This document shows, in pieces, positions 53,979-61,073 of a stretch of DNA of 61,073 nt; within the stretch, counting starts at the first letter, position 1; every line of letters starts with the position of its first letter. Under the pieces are notes generated by a model that had not been told where the DNA came from, did not search any database, and saw only the letters and a list, made by a program, of their open reading frames with translations. Source of the DNA: an uncultured Planctomycetales bacterium (GTDB lineage Bacteria; Planctomycetota; Phycisphaerae; SM23-33; FEN-1343); assembly GCA_964535025.1 (NCBI GenBank), contig CAZHRW010000169.1:1-61073 (forward strand), in the 5' to 3' direction. The position numbers and the translations under genes are program-made.

Positions 53979-55148
53979 CTACCGGCCTGCCTCTGCCGGG
54001 AGGCCGAAGTTCTGCTTGAGGATGGCGAAGTCGTCCAGGTCGACGTCGCCGTCCCCGTCGAAATCTCCCTCATCGACGGTCGCGTCGAGCCGCCCGAAGT
54101 TCCGCTTGAGAATAGCGAAGTCGTCCAGGCCGCCGTCTCCGTCGCCGTCGGCGTCGCCCGGGCAACGCGGGGAGGCGGGCGTAAAGGCCGCGGCGTTCAT
54201 GGCCAGCAGTTGATACCCGTCGGTGCTGAACACCCCGTCCGAGGCGGCCTGGTCCAGGATGCCCACCACGTTGAACGGCTCGCCCGGGGCGAACGGGGGC
54301 GTGCCGTCGAAACTGGGGTTGAGCCCCAGGTGCACGGTGAACGTCCGCGTCCCGTCGGTGACGGTGAGATCCGTATCGGCCGTCCAGGCGGCCGAATCGG
54401 TCACCCACACCCCCCGCAGTTGCACCCGCGTGGACTGGTAGCCTTCGCCCCCGGTCTGCCGTGTCGGATCGAAGATGAACGCATCGTCGGCGGTCTTCAG
54501 CGCCGCCAGCGTCAGCGGTGTCGGGTCGGGCAGGCCGAACCCGGCGGCGAGGCGCACGATCTCGAAATCGTTCGCCGGGTCGTTGGAGTGCATTTCATTG
54601 ACATTCATCTTGCCCTGGTAATGCAGGCCCCCGCGGGCGCGGATCTCGACCAGGTCGCCGGCGCGGATCGGATCGGCCACGCCGTCGCCGCCCAGCAGGT
54701 TCAGCCGTCCCAGTTCGGCCGTCCACTCGGCATCCGTGTAGTTGTACAGCGGGTCCTGGTGCATGATGTGGTTGCCGTAGTTCTGCCCCATCCAGCAGGC
54801 GGTCCCGCCGACGTCGTCCGGGTCGTAGTATTCGATGCCGACGGCATCCAGCGTCGAGGTCGTCAGCGCCTGGACGTAGAACTCGGCCTGCCCGCCCATG
54901 GCCCACAGGTGCACGCCCGGATCGTGGGCGGGCGTCGGGTCCAGCCAGTCCTCCGTGTTGTTGATCACCACGCCGACCAGGCGAATGGGGAACTGGCCGG
55001 AGTACGCGCTGGTGCCGTTGGCATTGACGGCCTGGTAGGCGGCATGCCGGACCAACGGCACCTCCGTCCAGTCCGGGCCCGCCGCCGGGGCAAGCGATGT
55101 CGCGACGAAGACAACAGCCACAACGAAAAGCGATCGATAGCCAGGCAT
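53979..55148 (-). CDS. secreted protein with a C-terminal double dockerin/EF-hand-like repeat
   Basis: Signal peptide MPGYRSLFVVAVVFVATSLAPAAG after GGGAGG. C-terminus reads DADGDGDGGLDDFAILKRNFG and DFDGDGDVDLDDFAILKQNFG. It ends 6 nt upstream of the pseudopilin gene. Confidence 0.7.
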   Translation of the reverse strand: MPGYRSLFVVAVVFVATSLAPAAGPDWTEVPLVRHAAYQAVNANGTSAYSGQFPIRLVGVVINNTEDWLDPTPAHDPGVHLWAMGGQAEFYVQALTTSTLDAVGIEYYDPDDVGGTACWMGQNYGNHIMHQDPLYNYTDAEWTAELGRLNLLGGDGVADPIRAGDLVEIRARGGLHYQGKMNVNEMHSNDPANDFEIVRLAAGFGLPDPTPLTLAALKTADDAFIFDPTRQTGGEGYQSTRVQLRGVWVTDSAAWTADTDLTVTDGTRTFTVHLGLNPSFDGTPPFAPGEPFNVVGILDQAASDGVFSTDGYQLLAMNAAAFTPASPRCPGDADGDGDGGLDDFAILKRNFGRLDATVDEGDFDGDGDVDLDDFAILKQNFGLPAEAGR

Positions 55149-55196
55149 GTCACATCCTCCCATAGAACGCCGGCCGCGGGCCGCCACGGGGCGGGC

Positions 55197-55225
55197 TTGA
55201 ATCTCCAGGCGATTAGTCTTACAAT
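55197..55225 (+). promoter_or_regulatory. sigma70-type promoter of the methyltransferase operon
   Basis: TTGAAT (55197-55202), 17 nt, TACAAT (55220-55225). A direct repeat GTATTAC-N6-GTATTAC (55237-55256) lies between the -10 and the RBS. Confidence 0.55.
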
Positions 55226-55272
55226 ATGAAAGGATAGTATTACTGGTTGGTATTACGCAAGAGGTATTTCGT

Positions 55273-55881
55273 ATGACTTTTGAGGATCCGCGGATCGGGT
55301 ACTTCGACTCGCTGGCCGCAGCGTGGGATGACCAGGAGCCGTCCGGCCGGACGATGATCGCACGGCTCAGCGAGCACGCCGACCTGCTGGCGCTGCGCGC
55401 CGGCCAGGCGGTGCTGGAGGTCGGGTGCGGGACGGGCAAGACGACCGCGTGGCTGGCCGAGCAGGTCGCGCCCGGGCGCGTCACGGCGATCGACTTCGCG
55501 CCGGAGATGATCGCCCGTGCCCGCGCCAAGGGCATCGCCGCCGACTTCGCCTGCGTCGACGTCTGCCGCGACGATCTCGGCAGCGCCCTTTACGACGTGA
55601 TCCTCTGCTTCCACAGTTTCCCGCATTTCCGCGACCAGCCCGCGGCGCTTCGCCGCTTCGCCGAAGCGCTGAAGGCCGACGGACGACTCATCGTGATGCA
55701 CCTGCACGGCAGCGCCCGCCTCAACGCCTTCCACGCCGGCCTGGACGGCCCGGTGAGCGTCGACCGCCTGCCCGTGGGCGACCAGTGGCGCCCGCTGCTG
55801 GCCGGGGCGGCTCTGGCACGGACGACACTCGTCGACCGCGACGAGCTGTTCTTCCTCGACGCCGTCCACGCCCGCCGGTAA
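55273..55881 (+). CDS. class I SAM-dependent methyltransferase
   Basis: VLEVGCGTGKTTAWLA motif I and a DVILCFHSFPHF post-II region. Confidence 0.85.
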   Translation: MTFEDPRIGYFDSLAAAWDDQEPSGRTMIARLSEHADLLALRAGQAVLEVGCGTGKTTAWLAEQVAPGRVTAIDFAPEMIARARAKGIAADFACVDVCRDDLGSALYDVILCFHSFPHFRDQPAALRRFAEALKADGRLIVMHLHGSARLNAFHAGLDGPVSVDRLPVGDQWRPLLAGAALARTTLVDRDELFFLDAVHARR

Positions 55882-55965
55882 CCGCCGGCGCCCCGACCCG
55901 CCCGCTTGTTCCGCGACGGGTTGGCGGCTATCCTGGCGGCGGGGCGGCAGAACGAGGAGCAGCCG

Positions 55966-57174
55966 ATGGGCATCAGTCTGGGATTGGTCGGGCTCGGGTC
56001 GTTCGGGTCGGCGTTCGCCGACCTGTTCAAGCGGCATCCGGCGGTCGACCGGGTGGCGCTGTGCGACCGCGAAGGCGAACGGATCCGCCGCTTCGCCGAG
56101 CGCGAGGACTGGGCCGACAAGTTCGACCCCCGCGACGCCTACGCCGACCTCGACGCGATCTGCCGCGCCGAGCTCGACGCGCTGGTGATCATCACGCAGC
56201 CCTGGCTGCACGCCCCGCAGTGCATCCAGGCGATGGAGGCCGGCAAGCACGTCTACAGCGCCGTGCCGGTGATCATGACCCCCGATGCCGACGAGATCCT
56301 CGACTGGTGCGACAAACTCGTCCGCACGGCCGAGCGGACGGGCCTGTCGTACATGCTCGGCGAAACCACCTACTACCGGCCGCAGACCATGTTCTGCCGG
56401 CGCAAGGCCGCCGAGGGGGCCTTCGGGGACTTCGTCTACGCCGAGGGCGAGTATTTCCACGACGTCGACACCCCCGGCTGCAGCCTCCGCGAGGTGCAGG
56501 CCCGCCGCGAAACCGGCGCCGCCGGCCGCGAGTGGGTCGACCGCAAGGCCGCCTACCGCCGCCGCGGCGTCCTCGACGGGCCCATGCACTACCCCACGCA
56601 CTCGACCAGCGGGCCCGTGGCCGTCATGAACGCCCACGCCGTCTCGGTGACCGCCCGCGGCTATCGCGATCGCACCGGGGACCCCTTCTTCGCCGACTCG
56701 GCCTTCAGCAACGAGACCGCCCTGTTCCGCATGAGCAACGGCGCCGTCGTGCGGATCTGCGAATTCCGCCAGTGCGCCGGCGCTTTCCACGACAGCGAAA
56801 CCTTCCGCATCATGGGCACCACCGGATCGTTCGCCGAGAATACCTGGACCTCGAACGGCCGGACGGCCCCCGGCGTCACCGCGCCCGCCGAGCCGCGACA
56901 GCTCACCGTCGAGGCGATGCGCGACCCGCTGCCCGACGACGTCGCCCGCGCCTGGCGCGACACCGCCACCGACGCGGTCGACTACGGCGGGCACGGCGGC
57001 TCGCACGCCTACCTCGTCCACGAGTTCGTCGACGCCGTCGCCGGCGATCGCCGCCCCGCCATCGACGTCTGGCAGGCGGTCCGCTACATGGCCATGGGGG
57101 CCGCGGCCCACCAGTCGGCCCTCCGCGACGGCCAGAGCGTCCCCGTGCCCGACTGGGGCGACGGACCGGGGTAG
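55966..57174 (+). CDS. Gfo/Idh/MocA family NAD(P)-dependent oxidoreductase
   Basis: GLVGLGSFGSAF Rossmann start and a C-terminal alpha/beta domain. GAGGAG RBS. Confidence 0.82.
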   Translation: MGISLGLVGLGSFGSAFADLFKRHPAVDRVALCDREGERIRRFAEREDWADKFDPRDAYADLDAICRAELDALVIITQPWLHAPQCIQAMEAGKHVYSAVPVIMTPDADEILDWCDKLVRTAERTGLSYMLGETTYYRPQTMFCRRKAAEGAFGDFVYAEGEYFHDVDTPGCSLREVQARRETGAAGREWVDRKAAYRRRGVLDGPMHYPTHSTSGPVAVMNAHAVSVTARGYRDRTGDPFFADSAFSNETALFRMSNGAVVRICEFRQCAGAFHDSETFRIMGTTGSFAENTWTSNGRTAPGVTAPAEPRQLTVEAMRDPLPDDVARAWRDTATDAVDYGGHGGSHAYLVHEFVDAVAGDRRPAIDVWQAVRYMAMGAAAHQSALRDGQSVPVPDWGDGPG

Positions 57175-57300
57175 ACGGCGGTGAAGAACGCGGCTGGGGG
57201 GCTGATCCGCACGCGTCGCGACGTTATAGTAGGCCCTGCGACCGTCGCATCATGCGTGGTGATGGGCCGGGTCGCGACGCGAAGTCAAGGAGAGGTGTGC

Positions 57301-58311
57301 ATGCTGACGGCAGCGGAGGTCAAGTCGTTCGCCCTGGCCCAGGGCGCGGACATGGTGGGCATCGCCAACATCGAGCGCTTCGAGGGCGCGCCGATCCAGA
57401 TGGACCCCCGGCAGATCATGCCCGAGGCCCGCAGCGTGATCGCCATGGCCTTCCGCGTCATGCGGGGCAGCCTGCGGGGCATCGAGGAGGGAACGTTCTT
57501 CTCCAACTACTCGGCCATGGGCTACGGGGGGCTGACCTACCTGTACATGCCCATGACCGTCATCAACATCGCCCGCTTCATCGAGGATCACGGCCTCGAG
57601 GCCATCCCGTACGGCCACCAGAGCGACTGGCGGTCCATCGACAACGCCGGGGCCCTCAAGCCCGACTTCTCCCGCCCCGTCGCCCCCGGCCGGGCCGCCC
57701 CCGACGTCATGGTCCACCTGCGGATCGCCGGCTTCCTCGCCGGGCTCGGCGAGATCGGCTACTCCAAGATGCTCCTGACCCCCAAATTCGGGCCGCGCAA
57801 CCGCATCGGCATCGTCATCACCGAGGCCGAGCTCGAACCCGACCCGCTCTACGACGGCCCCCCCCTGTGCAACCGCTGCATGGCCTGCGTCGACGCCTGC
57901 CCCGGCGGGGCCATCCCGCGCGACCGGACCGTCAAGGTCACCCTCGCCGGGCGCGAGGTGGAATGGGCCGACATCGACCTGGGCCAGTGCGACATCCATT
58001 TCCGCGGCGGCGTCCCCGCCGACACCGACGAGGAGGTCGCCGAGCCCTACATGGCCTCGCTGCACGGCCGCCCGGTCAAGCGGGGCGACCACACGCCGTT
58101 CTACACCAAGCCGCGGAACCTCTACAACGCCGGCCAGGCCGTCGGCGGCGCCCGGGGCTGCACGCGGGCGTGCATGATCTCCCTGGAATCCCGCGGGGTC
58201 CTGGAAAACAAATTCGCCCGGCCCTTCCGCCGCCGCAAGCCGTGGACCGTCGACTGGTCGCAAGGCGACCCCACGAACGCCGCGGGCGCCGCCGGCGAGC
58301 AGAGCGACTGA
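57301..58311 (+). CDS. QueG/reductive-dehalogenase-superfamily 4Fe-4S protein
   Basis: N-terminal KSFALAQGADMVGIANIERF, as in epoxyqueuosine reductase/RdhA-like proteins. CNRCMACVDACPGGAIP ferredoxin motif, with further Cys residues (CDIHF, GCTRAC). Confidence 0.65.
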   Translation: MLTAAEVKSFALAQGADMVGIANIERFEGAPIQMDPRQIMPEARSVIAMAFRVMRGSLRGIEEGTFFSNYSAMGYGGLTYLYMPMTVINIARFIEDHGLEAIPYGHQSDWRSIDNAGALKPDFSRPVAPGRAAPDVMVHLRIAGFLAGLGEIGYSKMLLTPKFGPRNRIGIVITEAELEPDPLYDGPPLCNRCMACVDACPGGAIPRDRTVKVTLAGREVEWADIDLGQCDIHFRGGVPADTDEEVAEPYMASLHGRPVKRGDHTPFYTKPRNLYNAGQAVGGARGCTRACMISLESRGVLENKFARPFRRRKPWTVDWSQGDPTNAAGAAGEQSD

Positions 58312-59348
58312 TGAAGTACGCCATCGGCTACCAGCTTCCCGAGCCCGGCGAGCCGCCCTTCGCCGAATGGGTCGAGCCGTACCGCCGGCACGTGGCGGAG
58401 GTCTATTTCCCCTGGGTCCACAGCCCCTCCGGGCGGGCCGACCTGACCCGCCGGCGCGGCTACGTCGACTGGGACGGCCAGGGGCGGCTGGAGGCCGACC
58501 TGCGGGCGATCAAGGCGATGGGCGTGGGGCTGGACCTGCTGCTGAACGCCAACTGCTACGGCGGCCGTGCGATCAGCGAACACCTGCGCCACGAGGTCGC
58601 CTCCATCCTCGACCACCTCGGCCAGGCCGTCGGCGGCGTCGACGCGGTGACGACGACCTCCCCGGCGATCGCCCACATCCTCAAGACGCACTGCCCCCAG
58701 GTCCACGTGCGGGCCTCGGTCAACATGCGGATCGGCACCGTCGCCGGCATGAGCCACCACGCCGACCTGTTCGACAGCTTCTACATCCAGCGCGACACCA
58801 ACCGCGACCTCGATCACGTCCGGCGGCTCAAACGCTGGGCCGATGCGCACGGCAAGGACCTGCTGATCCTCGCCAACAGCGGCTGTCTGGCCTTCTGCAG
58901 CGGCCAGACCTTCCACGACAACCTCGTCGCCCACGAGGCCGAGGTCGACGAGATGCGCAACATGACCGACTTCTCGCCGATGGTCTGCCGTCGCCTCCTG
59001 GCCGACCGGGCCAACTGGCCGCTCATCCTCCAGGCGACGTGGATCCGCCCCGAGGACGTGCACCACTACGACGGGCTCGTCGGCGTGATGAAGCTCGCCA
59101 CCCGGATGCACGCCGCGCCCCGCCTCGTCCTCGACGCCTACACCCGCGGCCGCTATCGGGGCAACCTGCTGGACCTCACCGAGCCGGGGTACGGCCCGCT
59201 GCTGGCGCCGTTCGTCATCGACAACGCCCGCCTGCCCGCCGACTGGTTCGACCGCACCAGCACGTGCGGCCGCCGCTGCGAGGACTGCGACTACTGCCGC
59301 ACCGTCCTCGACGCGGCCCTGGTCGAACTGCCCGCGGACCTGGGGTAG
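58311..59348 (+). CDS. peptidase U32-like family protein (UbiU/UbiV/TrhP/RlhA superfamily) with a C-terminal Cys cluster
   Basis: The pattern LDLLLNANC, GVDAVTTTSPAIAHILK, VHVRASVNMRI and LLILANSGCLAFCSGQ parallels the U32 barrel and its Cys signature. C-terminal CGRRCEDCDYC. The ATG overlaps the upstream stop (TGATG). Confidence 0.5.
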   Translation: MKYAIGYQLPEPGEPPFAEWVEPYRRHVAEVYFPWVHSPSGRADLTRRRGYVDWDGQGRLEADLRAIKAMGVGLDLLLNANCYGGRAISEHLRHEVASILDHLGQAVGGVDAVTTTSPAIAHILKTHCPQVHVRASVNMRIGTVAGMSHHADLFDSFYIQRDTNRDLDHVRRLKRWADAHGKDLLILANSGCLAFCSGQTFHDNLVAHEAEVDEMRNMTDFSPMVCRRLLADRANWPLILQATWIRPEDVHHYDGLVGVMKLATRMHAAPRLVLDAYTRGRYRGNLLDLTEPGYGPLLAPFVIDNARLPADWFDRTSTCGRRCEDCDYCRTVLDAALVELPADLG

Positions 59349-59357
59349 CCGCAACGG

Positions 59358-60617
59358 TCACGGGCGCCGGCGTCGGAGGATCGCCGCCCCACCCGCCGCC
59401 ATCAACGCCAGTGCCGCGGGCTCCGGGATGGACTGGCTGATGACGAAGGCCATCGAGGGCGTGCCCTTCTCGTTGACGAGCTTCATGCCGTCCAACAGGG
59501 AGAAGTCGACCTTGTCCGTGCCGCGCGTGTCGGTCTCGTCGATGCCCGGCGTGACGAGCGAGTCGGTGTCCAGGTCGGATTGGATGTGGTCGGACAGGTA
59601 CGTGATGTAAGGCACGCCGAGGATGTAGCCGGCGCCGGTGATCTCGACGAAGTGCCCGCCCCCGCCGGGATAGACGAACCCCATCTCGACGTCTTCGCCG
59701 TCTTCGAGTTCACTGATGATCCAATCGATGCTGATCGCGGCGCCCTGGCCGTGGGAGGTCACGCCGTGGGCGGTGACATTGCCGCCGCCGAGCATGCCCT
59801 GGTGCTTGGTGATCAGGTCGTCGGACAGGCCGTTGGCGGCCACGTATTCCAGTTTGCCCTCCAGGATCTCCTCGGCCCCGAGCGGCTGGCCGAGCTTGCG
59901 GGACGTGACGGTGCGGTCCATGGTGGTGTCGAGTTGGCCGACCAGCGTGGCGTCTCCCTTCAGGCCGATGCCGTGGTCGTGCGGGACGTCGATGCCCTTT
60001 TCATCTTCCAGCCACTGCAGGCTGTTGGCCACGGCCATGGGGGCGCACTGGTTGTGCGCCGCCTGGACGTTGCGGTGATGCTTCTGCGTCACGCCGGTCG
60101 TCGGGCCGGGGGGAAAGACGATGGCGTCCACGTCGACCGGCGGCAGGTAGCCGCCGACCGTGGCCTCGAAGCCGCCCACGGCATAGGCGACGCTGCCGAC
60201 GCCGAAGGCGCCGCTCGTCCCGCCGGTGAAGCGGGTGACCGGGTCGGGCGAGTAGTCCACGGTGCAGCTCACGCCCGTGACGTCCACGCCGTCGGCGCCG
60301 CCCAGATCGAGGTTCGTGGTGATCGACGGGTGGTCGTACGCCGCCGCGTCCCAGATCGGCAGGTTGCGGACGATCCAGTTCCCGGCGCCGTCGGCGACGT
60401 TGACGTAGCCGCTGCTCAATCCGGCGGCGGTGTTGGCCAGGTGGATATCCACGGTGATCTCCGCGGTGCGGCTGTCCGGGCCGTCGCGGAAGTCCACCTG
60501 GTTGATCGTCACGGCCCCGTCGGCCGGCAGCAGTTCGGCGGCGTCGGCGCCGCCGACCACGCCGTAGACGCAGACCGCGGCAACCCACAGGCACAACGCT
60601 CCTTCGATACGTGACAT
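59358..60617 (-). CDS. PEP-CTERM-anchored secreted protein with a papain/C39-like Cys-His peptidase domain
   Basis: Signal peptide. NVQAAHNQCAPMAVANSLQWL (Cys nucleophile context) and GGGGHFVEITG (His). C-terminus IPEPAALALMAAGGAAILRRRRP is a PEP-CTERM sorting signal. Confidence 0.7.
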   Translation of the reverse strand: MSRIEGALCLWVAAVCVYGVVGGADAAELLPADGAVTINQVDFRDGPDSRTAEITVDIHLANTAAGLSSGYVNVADGAGNWIVRNLPIWDAAAYDHPSITTNLDLGGADGVDVTGVSCTVDYSPDPVTRFTGGTSGAFGVGSVAYAVGGFEATVGGYLPPVDVDAIVFPPGPTTGVTQKHHRNVQAAHNQCAPMAVANSLQWLEDEKGIDVPHDHGIGLKGDATLVGQLDTTMDRTVTSRKLGQPLGAEEILEGKLEYVAANGLSDDLITKHQGMLGGGNVTAHGVTSHGQGAAISIDWIISELEDGEDVEMGFVYPGGGGHFVEITGAGYILGVPYITYLSDHIQSDLDTDSLVTPGIDETDTRGTDKVDFSLLDGMKLVNEKGTPSMAFVISQSIPEPAALALMAAGGAAILRRRRP

Positions 60618-60750
60618 GACCTTCTCCCTTTGCTGAGCATACAAACTGGTGTCCACCCGGCCGCCGGCCCGGCCGCCGGCGCACCCGCCGCCCCAACGCA
60701 GCGCCGAACGCCTTCCCCGGTCGCGGCTCGGACACCCGTTGTCGCCCCGT

Positions 60751-60779
60751 AGTTTACACCGTCCCTTGTTTGGCGCCAA
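60751..60779 (-). promoter_or_regulatory. candidate promoter of the PEP-CTERM gene
   Basis: Minus strand reads TTGGCG (60779-60774), 17 nt, TAAACT (60756-60751). GTCCTGTCC (60802-60794) lies 14 nt upstream of the -35. Confidence 0.35.
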
Positions 60780-61073
60780 GCGCAAAGCGGGAGGGACAGG
60801 ACAATATTTCACGCCGGCGGCCCTGCGAGAGCGGCATCGGCGGCCGGACCGCCCCCGTAGCTCCGCCGCCAGCCGGCGGTGCCTGAGGCCTTCCCCCCAA
60901 ACCGCTCCCCCGGGGGAGCTGGGGCCCGTAGGGCCCTGTGGGGGCGACCGTCCGGCCGCGCCGGACCGCCCGCACGGCCGCGCCTTGTCGGGGCTGTCAA
61001 CGGCCATCCGCTTCGCCCCGCAGGGGCGACCGGAGTTTTGCCGGGGGCGCCAGCCCCCGGAACCCGTGCCCTT

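Noticed and set aside
55425-59348. 1307-aa plus-strand ORF that could be read as a giant gene.
   Set aside because: Only the last 345 codons (from ATG 58311) encode a coherent U32-like protein. The upstream part overlaps three well-supported genes in other frames and is Arg/Pro-rich nonsense.
1-61073. Search for CRISPR arrays, transposases or integrases, phage modules, reverse transcriptases, toxin-antitoxin pairs or known defence genes.
   Set aside because: I recognised none by eye in any frame. The window looks like stable core chromosome, with a modestly accessory right-hand end.

Overview
This is a 61-kb, high-GC chromosomal window. The gene content includes a DUF1559-type pseudopilin, PEP-CTERM and dockerin-tailed secreted proteins, many TPR/HEAT lipoproteins and LPS-core genes. 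By inference this points to Planctomycetota, probably a Phycisphaerae-like organism. Most of the window is core housekeeping. It holds tRNA-Glu and hisD-hisC-hisB. It holds tgt, DUF4416, a WecA-like transferase and a Wzy_C/TPR protein. A roughly 11-kb minus-strand array runs nusA-infB-DUF503-rbfA-(HhH/Lys-rich protein)-hisG-TPR lipoprotein-yebC. Further on are a LysM lipoprotein and recG, then a TsaC/LMW-phosphatase fusion with rpiB, a heparinase II/III-like protein, tRNA-Ser and plsY. An LPS-core block follows (kinase, GT4, pyruvyl transferase, GT9 heptosyltransferase), then LOG, leuC, lnt and a complete elongasome block (mreB-mreC-mreD-mrdA-rodA). The last 14 kb is more accessory. It carries two URO-D-like proteins, a beta-propeller protein, tandem Hsp20 genes, a pseudopilin/dockerin pair, a four-gene operon (methyltransferase, oxidoreductase, Fe-S protein, U32-like protein) and a PEP-CTERM putative cysteine peptidase. 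I saw no CRISPR array, transposase, integrase, phage gene or recognisable defence or toxin-antitoxin gene. The best candidates for something undescribed are mostly non-coding or regulatory: (1) an orphan ~315-nt structured transcription unit between a consensus promoter and a weak terminator directly upstream of nusA, where rimP normally sits; (2) an exact sigma54 -24/-12 promoter plus upstream palindrome driving the Hsp20 pair; (3) a recurring ATGGAC direct-repeat motif at cell-envelope gene promoters; (4) an 18-bp perfect inverted repeat bracketing a tiny membrane-protein gene. The coding candidate is the methyltransferase/Fe-S/U32-like operon, which resembles O2-independent hydroxylation-methylation modules. 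All functional calls come from reading motifs in the translated ORFs. No database search was run.
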